Origin: an uncultured Acidobacteriota bacterium
GTDB lineage: Bacteria > Acidobacteriota > Thermoanaerobaculia > Multivoradales > JAHEKO01
DNA length: 64,000 bases
Direction of reading: 5' to 3'
Assembly (NCBI GenBank): GCA_963713825.1
Contig: CAVQNG010000003.1
Span: 384,001-448,000, forward strand
Part shown: one piece after another, positions 28,317 through 37,067 of the stretch
How the letters are laid out: the number at the start of each line of letters is the position of its first letter
Numbering within the stretch: position 1 is the stretch's first letter
Position numbers and translations under genes: made by a program
The notes under the pieces: generated by a model
Seen by the model: the letters and a program-made list of their open reading frames with translations, nothing else
Databases searched by the model: none
Told to the model about the DNA's origin: nothing

Positions 28317-29666
28317 TCAGTCGACCGCGGCACCAACGGCGAAACCCGGATCGCTGTCCGGGTCGAACCCGAGCGCGTCTCGGTCCAGGATCCGGCCTCC
28401 CCGCATCACCATGTGTATGTCACGAGTCCGACGGATGTCCCGGTCGGGCCGACCCTCGACGACGATCAGGTCGGCCACCTTGCCGGCGGTGATGGTGCCC
28501 CAGTCGTCGGCACCGATCAGAAGCGCTGCGTTCCGCGTCGCAGTCGTGATGGCTTCGAGAGGGGACAGCCCCGCCTCCACGAGTAGCTCGAGCTCCCGGT
28601 GGATGCCCTCCCCCTGAGCCACACCCGGATAGGGAGCGTCGGTGCCCGCGACCAACAGAATACCTGCTCGGTGCAGCCTTTGGACGTTCTTCGTGGCGAT
28701 GTCGAGCTTCACTCCGCTAGCCGCGGCAACCTTCTTGTCCTCGTCCGTGAGGTCCTGGGTCGCGTGCTCCCGCAGGGCAGCCAGAAAGGCGGGCGGAGTG
28801 GTGTTCGCGATCAACGGGTGGTCGAGGAAAGCCGGCTCCTCGAACCGCCGCCGCGAGTGCGACTCCTGCACCGCCAGGGTGGTGATGACCATGGTCTTCT
28901 TCTCGACGATCAGGTCGAAGCTGAGCTGGTCGATCTCGCGCGTCGGCGCGTGGGCAAGTGCGGCGATCCCGGCGGCGGTCACGTCATAGGAGCCGTTGCG
29001 ACTCCAGAGATCGGCAATCACGGGAAGAGAGCTCCCAGAGGCGACCTCGACCAGTTCACGAAGAAGTGGAACCGAAAGTCCCCCGTACGCTTTGACAGCG
29101 TCGACGCCGGAGCGCTCCAGCATCGCGACCACATCGGCTACCTGGGAGTCGATGACAAGACCGACTGAAAACGGCGGCCATGATGGATCGGCATCGTCCA
29201 CCAGCGGACCGACACAGTAGATCCGGGGACCGGCGATGGTGCCTGCCGCGACCTCGTCCCGGAGCTGCAGAACAAACGGCATGATATTCCCAAGATCGAA
29301 GACAGTGGTGACCCCGGAGTACAGAAGGGCATTCAGATACCTTTGATAGCCGAGCCAATCCGAACCGACGCCATCCCACCCGCCCATCAGATGGACGTGC
29401 ATGTCAGCGAGACCTGGCATCACGGCTCTTCCCTCGAGGTCGATCACTCTTGCGTCAGTCGGGAGGCGGACCCTAGCCGCCTCACCCACGGCCTCGATCC
29501 GCCCATCACGCACCAGGACCACGCCGTTCTCGACGGGCGTTCCACCGTTTCCGTCGATGACCACGCCACCAATGAGGGCGACAGGGCTTTCACCGAACAC
29601 CACTCCGGGGCACACGAGTGCCATGACAAGGCTGAGCACTCGCACGATCCTCTTGCCACTGGCCAT
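28317..29666 (-). CDS. Exported metal-dependent amidohydrolase
   Basis: Signal peptide, PGLADMHVH, AGTDA, GKVADL. Confidence 0.88.
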   Translation of the reverse strand: MASGKRIVRVLSLVMALVCPGVVFGESPVALIGGVVIDGNGGTPVENGVVLVRDGRIEAVGEAARVRLPTDARVIDLEGRAVMPGLADMHVHLMGGWDGVGSDWLGYQRYLNALLYSGVTTVFDLGNIMPFVLQLRDEVAAGTIAGPRIYCVGPLVDDADPSWPPFSVGLVIDSQVADVVAMLERSGVDAVKAYGGLSVPLLRELVEVASGSSLPVIADLWSRNGSYDVTAAGIAALAHAPTREIDQLSFDLIVEKKTMVITTLAVQESHSRRRFEEPAFLDHPLIANTTPPAFLAALREHATQDLTDEDKKVAAASGVKLDIATKNVQRLHRAGILLVAGTDAPYPGVAQGEGIHRELELLVEAGLSPLEAITTATRNAALLIGADDWGTITAGKVADLIVVEGRPDRDIRRTRDIHMVMRGGRILDRDALGFDPDSDPGFAVGAAVD

Positions 29667-29796
29667 CTTCAGGTCCTCCTCAACTGGTGGGTCCGCTCGT
29701 CGCCGTGCATTTCTCCGTCAGTCTCGTTAGATGCACCCGACTCCCAGTTGGTTGCGCACCCATTCCAGGTGTAGACGCTCCTTCCACCGGCGGGGC

Positions 29797-29829
29797 AAGA
29801 AAAAGCGCCGGGGAGTTGCCCCCCCGGCG
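29797..29829 (-). terminator. Rho-independent terminator after the TonB receptor
   Basis: CGCCGGGG...CCCCGGCG stem followed by CTTTTTCTT. Confidence 0.8.
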
Positions 29830-29861
29830 ATAAAGCGTGTGGCCTGGTTTGAATGGACGAC

Positions 29862-32800
29862 TTACCGCCAGTTCAAGCGGACACCGAGTCGGAAGACCCG
29901 AGGTGCCAGCGAGGTACTGATCCACCCCACGTTGCTGGAGGTGGTGTTGCGGAAGCGATCCAGTACGACACCGTCGTTGAAGATATTAAAGGCATCGATC
30001 GAGAAGGTCAGGCCGAGGTTACCCGTCGTCCTGAATTCTTTCTCGAGCCGCATATCCATGGAGAAGAGATCCTCCAGGCGATAGTCGTCGATGTTCGGAG
30101 CGGCCTGAATCGACCGTGCGATTCCGTCCAGACCGGTTCTGTTCCCGTAGTACGGAATCGGATAGCCATTGCGGCCGGTCATGTTGGCGGCGACGTTGAA
30201 GCCCCAGGGCTTGTCAGGCGCCACCTGATACATGCCGTTCAAGTTCCAACCCCAGTCTGACTGCAGCCACGACTCGTTGCGGCCGGAACCGGTCGACTGC
30301 ACGACGTACTTCGAGCCGTCGATCACAAAGCCCTCTTGAGGCACTGTCGGCAGCGCTCGGTTGGGATCGTTGTTGTTGAAGTAGCTACCCGGCACGCTCC
30401 AGGACTCGTCGAAGTTGTACTGGATGTAGCCACGCATCATCCACTGGTTCGCCAGTCGCTTCGTGAAGCCGATGGTTGCACCGAGGTAGTCGATCTCACG
30501 GTCACCGTTGGTGAACAGCTGACCACCCGTGTAGTTCCATTTCGACGGATCCGCCGAAAAGGTGTCATACGAGTAGGTCGCAGCAGGTCCACCAATGCCC
30601 GGCACCGTGATGTCGAGTTGCGTCGGGTCCGTGATGTACTCGCTGGCCGGAAGCGTCCTTGGCGTTGCCTGATCGTCGCCGACCGGCGTGAACAACCGCT
30701 GGAAGTCCTGTACATCCGTGACCTTACGCCAGGTGAGGGTACCGCTGACCACGAACTCAGGCAGGAAGGCATGCTCGGCACCAAGGATCAACTCGTTGGT
30801 GAGCGGAGCATCCATGCCCGGGTCGTTCTTGTTGGATGACGACAGGGCTGTCGGGTCATTCGGGTTGAAGCCCCAGTATCCCGCCGCTACCGAATACTGC
30901 TCACCGTCATCGTAGAAGCCGGGGAAACCACCCGTATCGTCGACGAAGACGATGTACGCCAACTGAGCGGACAAGGGGTTCGTCCGGCTGATGTTGGTCA
31001 ACGACATGACATCCGGGAACTGCGAGAAGCTACCGCGCAGCAGCGTCTTGCGCTCCTCACCGAGGGCGTAAGTGACACCCAGGCGAGGAGTGATACTCGA
31101 CCAATCGAGTCCGTCGGCATCGTTGCCCGCGAAATCGATGGACGGCATGACATTCGGGAAGCCGGGGTTGGCGTCCACGACACCAGCCGTGTTCTCACCG
31201 TTCTGCTTGTCGTATCGGAAGCCGACGTTGAAGGTCCACTGGCCCATCGTCATCGTGTCCTGTACCCACAACGAATCGTAATTCGTGATGACAGGTACGG
31301 GACCCTGACGGTAGGCGTAAACCGCAGCGTAGTCGTCCGCACGGTTCACAGGCAGTCCGAGCGAGGCACCCAGAGCAACGTCGCCCGCCACTCCGGCATA
31401 GGTGCCGTCGTAGTGGAAGAGGTTCCGACCAGGATACGACCAGGCGCTCTCGGTGGAGGCTTCACGCGTCCGACCACCAAACTTGAGCTCGTGGTTCAAG
31501 CTCGAGGTGGTGAAGAAGTAGGAACCGTCGATCTTGATCTCCTCGGTCGGACGGCTGTTGCCGCCGGAAGCGTTGTTGGTCACGAAGCCGTTGCCGTCCG
31601 TGTACTTCTCACCGCCGGGGAACGGATCCGCAGCGTTGCCCGTACCGGCACCACCCTGCGCCGTCAGCGAGAAACCGCCGTCGACGAAGGAGTACTGACC
31701 GGTCAGGAACAGGTTCGAGCCGAAGACGTGCGTGTCCTCGATCTTGGTGATCCCCGTCGGACCACGCTGGTTCCAGGTCGCCGAGGGGTCGTTGTTCGGC
31801 GCCGCACCACGGCCGATCTTCCGTTTGTCACCGTTGTTGAACGAGGCAACGAAAGAGTTGGCATTGGTGAACTGCGCGTTCAGCTTGATCGCGGTGCCCT
31901 CGAGGATCGTGCGGTCGGACTGACCACCACCGGTGATCCGGTTGATGTCGTTCTGACCCCACGAAGCCCACAGCCAGACGCGATCCCGCCACGCCGGACC
32001 ACCGGCCTCGAAGCCGAATTCCTGAATCCGATCGACGGTGTCACCTTGGTAGTTGTCCTGACCCGGTCCGAGATCGCTGTCCGAGTAACCCGGATCCGCG
32101 GCTTCGAGCGCGCCAAAGTAACCAGCGGCATCTGTCAGCAGAAAGCGTGCCGTGCCGCGGAACTCGTTGGTACCACGCTTGGTGACCATATTGACCGAGA
32201 CACCGGCTGCGCCCTTGCTTACATCGGGACCACCGGTTGCCAGCTGAATCTCGGAGAACTGGTCGAAGTCGTAGTAGGTCGGTGAGGAGCCGATGGCGGA
32301 CATGTCCGTGATCTGGACACCGTCGACGAGAAAGTCGTTCTCGTCACCGTTGTTGGCCTGGCCACGGAAGACGGCCTGCTGGCCGCTCTCGTTACCACCG
32401 ACGTTGATGCGGTCGGTCATGACTCCGGGAGCCTGCTGCACGATGGCCCACGGGTCACGCGCGCTCGGAATGCTCTCGAGCTCGACCTGACTGATCGTGG
32501 TACCGGCGGTGAGCCGGCGCTCATCCAGCAGCGGGCTCTCGGAGGTCACCGTGATCACCTCACCAATGGCAGCACTGAGCTGCACCAGGATCGTGGTGTT
32601 ACGGCCAACCCTGACATTGACGGTCGGGTACTCAACGGAGGAGAACCCGTCTAAGGAGGCCTTGAGCGCATAGTCGCCTGGGGCCAGACCGAGGAAACGG
32701 GTCTCACCTTGCGCGCTGGTAATCCCGAGCTTGGGAGCTCCACCACCCGTCAGCTCGACACTGGCGCCCGGCAGAGCTTGTTCTGTGGTGTCGGTGACCT

Positions 32801-32906
32801 GGACGTAGATGTTCCCGGTCTCCTCTTGTGCGATTGTGGTTGCCGCTGTGCTCAGCAGTAGTACGACTGCCAACGCTAGCGGCCATGACCATCTGTTCGT
32901 TCTCAT
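29862..32906 (-). CDS. TonB-dependent receptor, Oar type with an N-terminal carboxypeptidase-regulatory-like domain
   Basis: Signal peptide, LPGASV, ARDPW plug, VTKRGTNEFRG, SPRLG-like motif, C-terminal PRVFRLGVRLNWR. Confidence 0.9.
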   Translation of the reverse strand: MRTNRWSWPLALAVVLLLSTAATTIAQEETGNIYVQVTDTTEQALPGASVELTGGGAPKLGITSAQGETRFLGLAPGDYALKASLDGFSSVEYPTVNVRVGRNTTILVQLSAAIGEVITVTSESPLLDERRLTAGTTISQVELESIPSARDPWAIVQQAPGVMTDRINVGGNESGQQAVFRGQANNGDENDFLVDGVQITDMSAIGSSPTYYDFDQFSEIQLATGGPDVSKGAAGVSVNMVTKRGTNEFRGTARFLLTDAAGYFGALEAADPGYSDSDLGPGQDNYQGDTVDRIQEFGFEAGGPAWRDRVWLWASWGQNDINRITGGGQSDRTILEGTAIKLNAQFTNANSFVASFNNGDKRKIGRGAAPNNDPSATWNQRGPTGITKIEDTHVFGSNLFLTGQYSFVDGGFSLTAQGGAGTGNAADPFPGGEKYTDGNGFVTNNASGGNSRPTEEIKIDGSYFFTTSSLNHELKFGGRTREASTESAWSYPGRNLFHYDGTYAGVAGDVALGASLGLPVNRADDYAAVYAYRQGPVPVITNYDSLWVQDTMTMGQWTFNVGFRYDKQNGENTAGVVDANPGFPNVMPSIDFAGNDADGLDWSSITPRLGVTYALGEERKTLLRGSFSQFPDVMSLTNISRTNPLSAQLAYIVFVDDTGGFPGFYDDGEQYSVAAGYWGFNPNDPTALSSSNKNDPGMDAPLTNELILGAEHAFLPEFVVSGTLTWRKVTDVQDFQRLFTPVGDDQATPRTLPASEYITDPTQLDITVPGIGGPAATYSYDTFSADPSKWNYTGGQLFTNGDREIDYLGATIGFTKRLANQWMMRGYIQYNFDESWSVPGSYFNNNDPNRALPTVPQEGFVIDGSKYVVQSTGSGRNESWLQSDWGWNLNGMYQVAPDKPWGFNVAANMTGRNGYPIPYYGNRTGLDGIARSIQAAPNIDDYRLEDLFSMDMRLEKEFRTTGNLGLTFSIDAFNIFNDGVVLDRFRNTTSSNVGWISTSLAPRVFRLGVRLNWR

Positions 32907-32972
32907 AGGTGATCCTCCATTCGTTGGGTGAGACCTTCACGCTGTGAACGGCTGTCAATTAGGAGGACCCAG

Positions 32973-32988
32973 AGCAAGGCGAGTGCCA
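32973..32988 (-). promoter_or_regulatory. Sigma54 (-24/-12) promoter
   Basis: TGGCAC-TCGCC-TTGCT, full consensus, about 66 bp upstream of the receptor ATG. Confidence 0.8.
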
Positions 32989-33318
32989 AGACCCGCAAGC
33001 AGCGCTCATGACTCGCTAAATCGTGTCGAAAACCACCGCAATCATTGGCGATGCTGGCAGTCGGTTCTCGTCCACGCCTCGATGGCCGCCGATCCTGCGC
33101 ATCGAGAGCCGCGAGAATCGGACCCAGAATCTTGAAGCAAACTCGGACGGCGGTCTTCCAGTTGCCGACGAGGCAACTCGTGATTTCTCAAGTGCTTGTA
33201 AACAAAGCGCTTACGGCGGCGCGGCCAGAATATCAACACTGATTCAATATTCCGTACAACCCCGCAGCAGAAAATGCGGAGAAATGAACTTCCACCCTCG
33301 AAGGGCAGACCTTCCGCT

Positions 33319-34104
33319 TCAACCTTGATTATTGCGGGGAGATTCGCTCGAACCCTGGACGAGCTTCTTCACCGCACCCATCGAAGATCGGCTGACCCTG
33401 AGGCTCTTGCCTCCGGTCATCACGATCTCGACGCCACCCGAGTCGGCAGGGAGGACATCTTGAACGTGGTCCTTGTTGACCACGATCGAGCGGTGAATTC
33501 TCACAAAGGTGTCGGGGCTGAGTTTCCCCAAGAGGCAGGCGAGCGAGTCTTGACAGTGAACAATACGACCCTGCAGGTACAGACGGGTGCATCGGCCTGC
33601 CGCATCGATCCAGCGAATCTGGCTCGGCTTCATGAAGACGTAGACGCCTTCCTCCGAGTGCACCATGAGCGTGTCATGGTTCGAGGATCTTCTGGTCAGT
33701 GCGCGGTTCACCTCTTCGTACCAGGGCTCGCTCGTCTCCTCGCCCGATCGGTCATCAAGGTAATGGAGGAGGTCGACCGCTTCCGTGAGGCGGAGTCGAT
33801 CGACAGGCCTACTGAGACAGATCGTCTTCATGGACAGCGCACGATAGGCATCCCCGTTTTGTCCCTTCGGGCGCTCATTCACCAGGTAGGACTCGAGGTC
33901 GAGTGAACCCGCCAGGTAGCAGGCACCGCAGCCCGGCAGCCACGATTCGATAATCCACAGCTCTGGCGCACTGGGACCGGCCGCTGTTATGGCGTCGTCG
34001 ATCGTGGCGCACTCTTTGACAACTTCGACGTCTTTCATCGAGTCCAGCGCCCGCCGCAGCGTCCCCCGGGCAGCCAGGTCCGAATCCACAATCAGGGCTT
34101 TCAT
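33319..34104 (-). CDS. LytTR regulator with a degenerate receiver domain
   Basis: MKALIVDSD receiver-like start; FVRIHRSIVVN and LRVSRS LytTR motifs. Confidence 0.85.
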   Translation of the reverse strand: MKALIVDSDLAARGTLRRALDSMKDVEVVKECATIDDAITAAGPSAPELWIIESWLPGCGACYLAGSLDLESYLVNERPKGQNGDAYRALSMKTICLSRPVDRLRLTEAVDLLHYLDDRSGEETSEPWYEEVNRALTRRSSNHDTLMVHSEEGVYVFMKPSQIRWIDAAGRCTRLYLQGRIVHCQDSLACLLGKLSPDTFVRIHRSIVVNKDHVQDVLPADSGGVEIVMTGGKSLRVSRSSMGAVKKLVQGSSESPRNNQG

Positions 34105-34357
34105 TGAGATCCTCCCTCGAGTGGCATCGAGTCGAACCCAGAACAGGAACGAGGAACCCGAGCTACCGTGAAAAGCACTTCCGCCGCAAACATGGCAAAC
34201 CCCTTCGAGAAACAACTCCTCGGTTGAGAACACCGAGGCATTCAACTTCTATACGTAGATTCGGCCTGCAGGTTTGCAAAGCCATCCGCAGAGCCCTGAC
34301 AGCACTACAGATCGGCAGCCGCGTCAATGTAAACTGCGCTCTGGGAAGGTTCTGGAT

Positions 34358-36826
34358 ATGAGCGCCAGTTCGCGGACCTCAGACCTGCTCGGCAGCGACA
34401 TGCTGGACTATCTCCGTATCGGTGGCACCGAGACGGAGCTTGCGGCTGGCGACACCATCATTCACAAAGGCGATCCCGGAGTCGCGGTCTACTTCATCCT
34501 CGCCGGCGAGGTCGAGGTCAGCCTGCAGGCTGCCGACGGTCGCCACCTGGCATTGTGCCGTCTCGGCCCGAGCGAGTATTTCGGCGAGCTCTCTGTGCTA
34601 CGCCACGAGCCGGTCTCCGCCGACGTCTCTTCCACCACTCCGGTTCGACTGTTGCGTTATCCGGCCGAGCTCTTCCCGACCGCCCTCACCGAGTGCGAGC
34701 CGCTGAGAGAGATGCTGCTCGGCCGTCTGGCGCAAGATCTCCAACGATCCACCACCGACGCGTGGGACCTGTTCAAGCGAGAGCAGGCGTTCTCCGACCT
34801 CGCCCGTGGAGAGGGAGTCGAGGATTCGATGGTGGTTGCCTCCCCACGGATGCGCACCATCAAGAAGAAGCTCGTGGCGTTGGGGGACGGAGACGAGTCG
34901 GTCCTGATCACCGGCGCACCAGGCACCGGCAGGACATTGGCAGCGCGGCTCGTCCATCACTCCTCCAGCCAAGCCAACCAAGCCTTGCTGGTCGTGGATT
35001 GCCAGGATCTTCCCGTCGATGGAGCCTACACGGCCATCTTCGGGTACAGCGTCGACGGCGACAATCGGGAGGATTCGAGCAATTTCGGAGCCCTCCACCT
35101 GGCTCATGGGGGCGACCTCATCCTGCGCAACCTCGGAGCGCTCGCCGCTCGCGAGCAGGAGCAGCTCGCCGACTATCTGCAGCGGAGAAGGCTTGGGGAG
35201 ATCGCCACGTTTCCTCTGGTGCGAGTCATCGCGACTGCCCCGGACCTCGAAGATCCTCACTATGCCGCAGAGGTCAGTGAGGCTCTTCGCACCGAGTTCT
35301 CCGAGGCCGTTCGCCTGCCTTCGATCGTAGAGAGACCGCGTGACATTGTTCCCCTGGCCCGCCACTTTCTATCGGAGATCGACGGGGCCCAAGACAACCA
35401 CCTCAGCCAGGGTGCCGAGCATGCCCTGGTGTCCCTGCGTTGTCCCGTACGCAATGTCGATGAGCTTCGCGACATCGTCGAAATGGCGGCTCGATGCAGC
35501 GCGGGGAACGAGATCCGCGCCGACCAAATCTTCATCGGCCTCGGTGAAGACGAACCGCTCGGTCTGGCCCTCGGCCGACCGCCGCTCATCATGCGGTTCC
35601 TCAATGGCGGCGGCCTCACCCTTTTACGCAGTGTGACTTTGGCGTCATTCCTCGCCGCGATCGTCCTCTGCATGATGGCCGGAACGACCGTCGCCGGTCG
35701 AGTTGCCAACGGTCTCATCTGGAGTGTGTGGGAGCCTGTGGTCTTTGCCCTCTTCCTCCTCGGGGGAGCCCTCTGGTGCACCGTTTGCCCACTCTCGACC
35801 GCCGGCCGCCTGGCGAAACGCGCCATTGATCTCGACCGACCTCCGCCGCCGTGGTTGACCGGCAAGCTTGCGGCCGCTCTTCCCGCCATCGCATTCTTCG
35901 CCATCGTCTGGGTCGAGTGGGTCTTCCACATGACCGAGGCTCCCCTCGGGTCTGGTCTTCTCCTGCTGGCGCTCATCCTGTCTTCGGTGGTGCTGTGCAT
36001 GATCTACCAGCGCGAAGTGTGGTGCCGCTACGTCTGTCCCCTGGGCCGTTTGGCCGTGGTCTTGGCCCCGGCAGCCCCGCTTTCTGTCGCCGCCGACCGC
36101 AATCTCTGCGCTTCGACCTGTACCACTCACGCGTGCTACCAGGGAACGGACAAGGTCCCCGGCTGCACGGTCTTCCGTCATCCCATGAATTCCAGTGAGG
36201 CTCACAACTGCAAACTCTGTGGGGACTGTCTGCGCTCCTGCCCTCATGGATCGACCGGCCTTTTCCTGAGGCCACCGGGACAGGGAGCCGTGCACCTCGG
36301 AGGATCAGGCAGGTACCCCTCGGCGTTCGCCCTCACTCTTCTCCTCCTCGCACCGATCTTCCTTGCCGCGGACACTACAGAAGTGATGAAACAAGCGGCC
36401 ATCCTCACCATCTCGGGAATCGGCGCGATCGTCATCGGCCTGGCCCTCGGCTGGCGCCTGCCTCACTTTCTCGGAGTCCAGGGAGAGAATCCAGCTGCCG
36501 CCCAGCGCGTGGCTGCCGCGTTGGCAGTTCTGGCCTGGGGGCCCTTGATGGCCGCTCAGTTCCGCAGGATCGCTATCTTGGAGGACCTCTACGTCCGGTC
36601 CGAAAGCGGAGCTGCCTGGTTCGGCCCGTTTACCGAAGGCGTGACCTTCCTCACTCTGGCCAGTGTGGGAATCGTGCTGCTCGCTGGTGCCTTGTCTGCA
36701 ATCATCTTGTGGCGCGCTCGGAAACGCTGCAGAGACGAGCTGCGGCCCATCGCACGTTCTGCCTGGCACAGCATCGGTGTCGTCTGGCTGGTGTCAATCG
36801 TCGTGTCGCTGGCGCTGGTTCTCTGA
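34358..36826 (+). CDS. cNMP-binding + degenerate sigma54-type AAA+ + membrane 4Fe-4S (Fer4_5-like) protein
   Basis: FGELSVL; ITGAPGTGRT, LPSIVERPRDI; WCTVCP, WCRYVCP, CKLCGDCLRSCP; many TM segments. Confidence 0.82.
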   Translation: MSASSRTSDLLGSDMLDYLRIGGTETELAAGDTIIHKGDPGVAVYFILAGEVEVSLQAADGRHLALCRLGPSEYFGELSVLRHEPVSADVSSTTPVRLLRYPAELFPTALTECEPLREMLLGRLAQDLQRSTTDAWDLFKREQAFSDLARGEGVEDSMVVASPRMRTIKKKLVALGDGDESVLITGAPGTGRTLAARLVHHSSSQANQALLVVDCQDLPVDGAYTAIFGYSVDGDNREDSSNFGALHLAHGGDLILRNLGALAAREQEQLADYLQRRRLGEIATFPLVRVIATAPDLEDPHYAAEVSEALRTEFSEAVRLPSIVERPRDIVPLARHFLSEIDGAQDNHLSQGAEHALVSLRCPVRNVDELRDIVEMAARCSAGNEIRADQIFIGLGEDEPLGLALGRPPLIMRFLNGGGLTLLRSVTLASFLAAIVLCMMAGTTVAGRVANGLIWSVWEPVVFALFLLGGALWCTVCPLSTAGRLAKRAIDLDRPPPPWLTGKLAAALPAIAFFAIVWVEWVFHMTEAPLGSGLLLLALILSSVVLCMIYQREVWCRYVCPLGRLAVVLAPAAPLSVAADRNLCASTCTTHACYQGTDKVPGCTVFRHPMNSSEAHNCKLCGDCLRSCPHGSTGLFLRPPGQGAVHLGGSGRYPSAFALTLLLLAPIFLAADTTEVMKQAAILTISGIGAIVIGLALGWRLPHFLGVQGENPAAAQRVAAALAVLAWGPLMAAQFRRIAILEDLYVRSESGAAWFGPFTEGVTFLTLASVGIVLLAGALSAIILWRARKRCRDELRPIARSAWHSIGVVWLVSIVVSLALVL

Positions 36827-36844
36827 TCGCTCCCGAGTCCGTAG

Positions 36845-36881
36845 TCCCACCATCGAACGAGCCGATCCCAACATCGAACGA
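36845..36881. repeat. 16-bp direct repeat with a 21-bp period
   Basis: TCCCACCATCGAACGA / TCCCAACATCGAACGA. Confidence 0.75.
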
Positions 36882-36923
36882 ACATCGCAGGGACTGCGGC
36901 AACAATACAAGCCAAAGAGCCCA

Positions 36924-36939
36924 TGGCACGGACATTGCT
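36924..36939 (+). promoter_or_regulatory. Sigma54 (-24/-12) promoter
   Basis: TGGCAC-GGACA-TTGCT, full consensus, upstream of the ADOP permease. Confidence 0.75.
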
Positions 36940-37067
36940 GTTGAGGGGGGCGGGAATCATTCGGACGATCAAGCAACCGGACGCACGACTCGAACCCATG
37001 ACCCATGTAGATCCAAACAAAGAGCAGCAGGAAAGCGCATCCTCGATCTCGTAAGGAGCCAGACACC

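Noticed and set aside
28218-28319. Open frame continuing past the amidohydrolase TGA (possible second readthrough)
   Set aside because: The domain already appears complete, I saw no convincing SECIS, and it would overlap the better-supported small ORF.
36845-36890. Possible mini-CRISPR
   Set aside because: Only two 16-bp units with a 5-bp spacer, and no cas genes.
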